A stretch of DNA of 54,417 nucleotides from Deltaproteobacteria bacterium (lineage in GTDB: Bacteria; Myxococcota; JACRCW01): NCBI GenBank assembly GCA_016218805.1, contig JACRCW010000073.1, positions 1-54,417 on the forward strand. The letters are read 5' to 3'. The notes beneath the pieces are model-generated. The model ran no database searches. It was not told the DNA's origin and worked only from the letters and a program-made list of their open reading frames with translations. Positions 51,738 through 54,417 of the stretch are shown here, piece by piece (within the stretch, counting starts at the first letter, position 1; the number at the start of each line of letters is the position of its first letter). The position numbers and the translations under genes are program-made.

Positions 51738-52912
51738 CAGGTGCGCTCCACAATGACGGCCACCGCTTCGCCGCCGCCAATGCACAGGCTGGCCAGCCCG
51801 CGCTTGAGGTTGCGCGCCTGCAACGCGTGCAACAGCGTGGTCATGATGCGCGCGCCGGACGCGCCAATGGGATGCCCCAGCGCCACCGCGCCACCATTCA
51901 TGTTCACCTTGGCGTGGTCCAGCCCCATCTCGCGCATGGCAATCATGGTGACGACGGAAAACGCCTCGTTGATCTCCCACAGGTCAATGTCCTTCACGGA
52001 CAGGCCGGCCTTCTTGAGCGCGCTCTGCATCGCCGGGATGGGCGCGGTGGTGAACCACTCGGGCGCGCCGGCCGCGGTGGCGTAGGAGAGGATCTTCGCC
52101 AGCGGCTTGCGGCCGTTCTTGTCGGCCCATTCGCGGCTGGTGACCACCAGCGCGGACGCGCCGTCATTGAGCTTGGACGCGTTGGCCGCCGTCACACTAC
52201 CGTCCTTGCCAAACGCCGGCCGCAGCGTCTTCAGCTTCTCAAAGTCCACCTTGGAGGGCTCTTCATCCGTGTCAATCACCGTGTCCCCCTTCTTGCCCGG
52301 GATGGTGACCGCCGCGATCTCCGTCTTGAACGCCCCGTCCTTCCACGCCTTCTGCGCGCGCTTGTAGCTCTCCGTGGCAAAGGCATCCTGCGCATCCCGT
52401 GACAGGTCCTTCTCCTTGGCACACAGGTCACCGCAGTTGCCCATATGCGTGTCCTTGTACGGGTCCCACAGCCCGTCCAGGATCATGCTGTCCACCGCGG
52501 TGGCGTTCCCCATGCGCATCCCGCTGCGCGCCGTGGGCAGCAGGTAGGGCGCGTTGCTCATGGACTCCTGCCCGCCCGCCACAAACACGTGCCCGTCACC
52601 CGCGCGGATGGCCTGCGCCGCCAGCATCACGCTCTTGAGGCCGCTCCCGCACACCTTGTTCAGCGTGGTGCACGGCACCGTGTTGGGCAGCCCCGCGCCC
52701 AGCGCCGCCTGCCGCGCCGGCGCCTGACCCACGCCCGCCGTCAGCACTTGGCCCATGTACACTTCTTCCACGTCACCGGGCTTCACGCCGGCGCGCTCCA
52801 GCGCAGCCTTGATGGCCACCGTGCCCAACTGCGGCGCCTTGAGCGTGGCAAGTGTTCCCTGGAACGAACCAATGGGCGTGCGCGCAGAAGAGAGGATGAC
52901 GGCGTCTTGCAT
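51737..52912 (-). CDS. atoB: acetyl-CoA acetyltransferase (thiolase)
   Basis: NKVCGSG, NEAF, GHPIGASG, CIGGG. Confidence 0.93.
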   Translation of the reverse strand: MQDAVILSSARTPIGSFQGTLATLKAPQLGTVAIKAALERAGVKPGDVEEVYMGQVLTAGVGQAPARQAALGAGLPNTVPCTTLNKVCGSGLKSVMLAAQAIRAGDGHVFVAGGQESMSNAPYLLPTARSGMRMGNATAVDSMILDGLWDPYKDTHMGNCGDLCAKEKDLSRDAQDAFATESYKRAQKAWKDGAFKTEIAAVTIPGKKGDTVIDTDEEPSKVDFEKLKTLRPAFGKDGSVTAANASKLNDGASALVVTSREWADKNGRKPLAKILSYATAAGAPEWFTTAPIPAMQSALKKAGLSVKDIDLWEINEAFSVVTMIAMREMGLDHAKVNMNGGAVALGHPIGASGARIMTTLLHALQARNLKRGLASLCIGGGEAVAVIVERT

Positions 52913-53103
52913 GGGTTTCCACCTCGGTGAGAAGGCGGTCCACCCTACGGCGAAGGTGCCGCTTGGCGGCCGCTCGTGACGGCGCGGGCTGGTACCGCCG
53001 CGGTTCGTCGCCGTCAACGCGCTGCGGCGGGGTTGACAACACGCCCCGGCCGGTCCAAAACGCTCCGGCCGTTGCAGACTGGGCCAGTATGTAACGGTGA
53101 CCT

Positions 53104-53177
53104 GGGCCGATAGCTCAGCTGGTTAGAGCAACGGACTTTTAATCCGTTGGTCCCGGGTTCGAGTCCCGGTCGGCTCA
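53104..53177 (+). tRNA. tRNA-Lys(TTT)
   Basis: Cloverleaf; ACGGA-CTTTTAA-TCCGT anticodon arm. Confidence 0.95.
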
Positions 53178-53195
53178 TCAGGCTGCCCGGTTGGT

Positions 53196-53268
53196 GTCCC
53201 CATCATCTAGAGGCCCAGGATGCGGCCCTTTCAAGGCTGAAACGCGGGTTCGAATCCCGCTGGGGACA
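53196..53268 (+). tRNA. tRNA-Glu(TTC)
   Basis: Cloverleaf; CGGCC-CTTTCAA-GGCTG; followed by a T-run. Confidence 0.95.
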
Positions 53269-53367
53269 CTTTTTTTTCATCTGTGAGATCAACCACTATC
53301 GTGACCGAGTAAGCAGACTGTTGGCAGTTCTCGTCGAGAGGCAAGCACACGCGACGCCAGAGAGCCG

Positions 53368-54417
53368 TCAGCCGGCGACAATTTCCCTTACGCGGTCCGC
53401 AAGCCACTCATGGCTCACGCGGACCGGCGGTCCCTCCCTCCCGCCTTCCACTCGCGCCGCGTACACTTCAAAAGCGGCCGTGCTGATCTCGCAGCGAATT
53501 TGCATGTTCCATAGAGACGCCGCGCGAGCAATCACGTGCAACGTGCCGCGGTCGAGCAGCACATGGTCAGCGTCGATCCTCACCCCCTCCTCTGCCGGCA
53601 GCGGACGCCGAAATGGCGACGTCCCGCCTATGTTCACGACCACAGCCGACCCTTCGTAGCGGAGGTCGAAGTGGGCCCTCATGAATTGAGACATGTCCCG
53701 TTTGACGCTGTCGCGCTCCTGTGCTGCGACTTCCTCCAAGTTTTCATGTCCAGTGAGACGGAAATCGTCACCACCCGCCGCGATAACGGCGCCCAGGCCG
53801 TCGACGAGGAATTTGACCGCCGCTTGTCTTGCGGATTGGTAGAGGAGGAATTGAGTGCGCGCTTGCTCTTTGTTCTTCTGTGCTGACTGCACGATTGCGA
53901 CGACATCGCCGAAGGTTTGGATCAACGGAAGACCAGCCAACGACCTCGCGATCCTGCACGACTCAGCGACGTCCGCACGATTCGCAATTGAAGCACCCAA
54001 CTGAGACAACGCGTGCCGCTCGGAATCCGTGAAAATTGCCTGAAGGAGGTCGTTCAGCACGTCCTTGTCGTCGTCAATAGTGCCTGCCTGTGCTGGCCGT
54101 GGGCGGCCGGAGGACGAGCCGGAATAGAAGCTCCCAGGATCGATGAGGACGGCAGGCCCCGCCGAGCGAACGATGATGTTGTCGGGATGCAAATCTCCAT
54201 GTGCGAGGTTCGCGGCGTGCAACACCGCGAGTGCGGAGAGCGCATCGCCGAAGGCGACGAGGCGGGCGTGGAGGGGTGTTGACGGTGGTCAGAAACCGCG
54301 TGGGAATGGTGCGGAACGCGTGCGGGCACGGGAGATGTTCACCGCGGCAAGACCGATGGTGAAGGGTCTTCGGCCAGGTCCGGAGATCGAGTAGTCAGGC
54401 CAGGTCGTCGGAAGTGA
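53368..54417 (-). CDS. protein-kinase-like protein, 5' part truncated or disrupted
   Basis: LAHGDLHPDNIIV...LIDPG catalytic motifs; in-frame TGA at 54289-54291 upstream of helix E; atypical composition. Confidence 0.6.

Noticed and set aside
53147..53659. 170-aa ORF over the tRNAs (likewise 49803-50219)
   Set aside because: Overlaps clear tRNA genes

Overview
High-GC (about 70% by eye) bacterial chromosomal segment. Gene content and protein style point to Myxococcota: an FHA-GAF-sigma54 activator, a PilZ protein, and many Cys-rich lipoproteins. The core carries sdhCAB, an acyl-CoA ligase/dehydrogenase/ferredoxin operon, a putative alpha-glucan uptake locus (DOMON-like protein, unknown outer-membrane barrel, MalK, MalE-MalF fusion, MalG), a tandem-domain ThyX, an ECF sigma/anti-sigma/Spy-like trio, scoAB, an orphan ParA-PilZ-Sm-like-mnmA operon, icd, dnaJ, hbd, a thiolase and three tRNAs (Arg-CCT, Lys-TTT, Glu-TTC). 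Non-coding signals: a convincing XerCD dif site (43187-43214), an adjacent array with a 10.4-bp period, a second Xer-like 11-6-11 site, a perfect palindromic Fur box, and four copies of a two-hairpin REP, two of which lie in frame inside a signal-peptide region. Both ends look horizontally acquired and frameshifted: a HipA-like kinase plus DUF3037-like pair on the left, and a kinase-like gene after tRNA-Glu on the right. The core strongly avoids TCGA while the right-hand island does not. All calls come from motif recognition by eye; no database searches were run.
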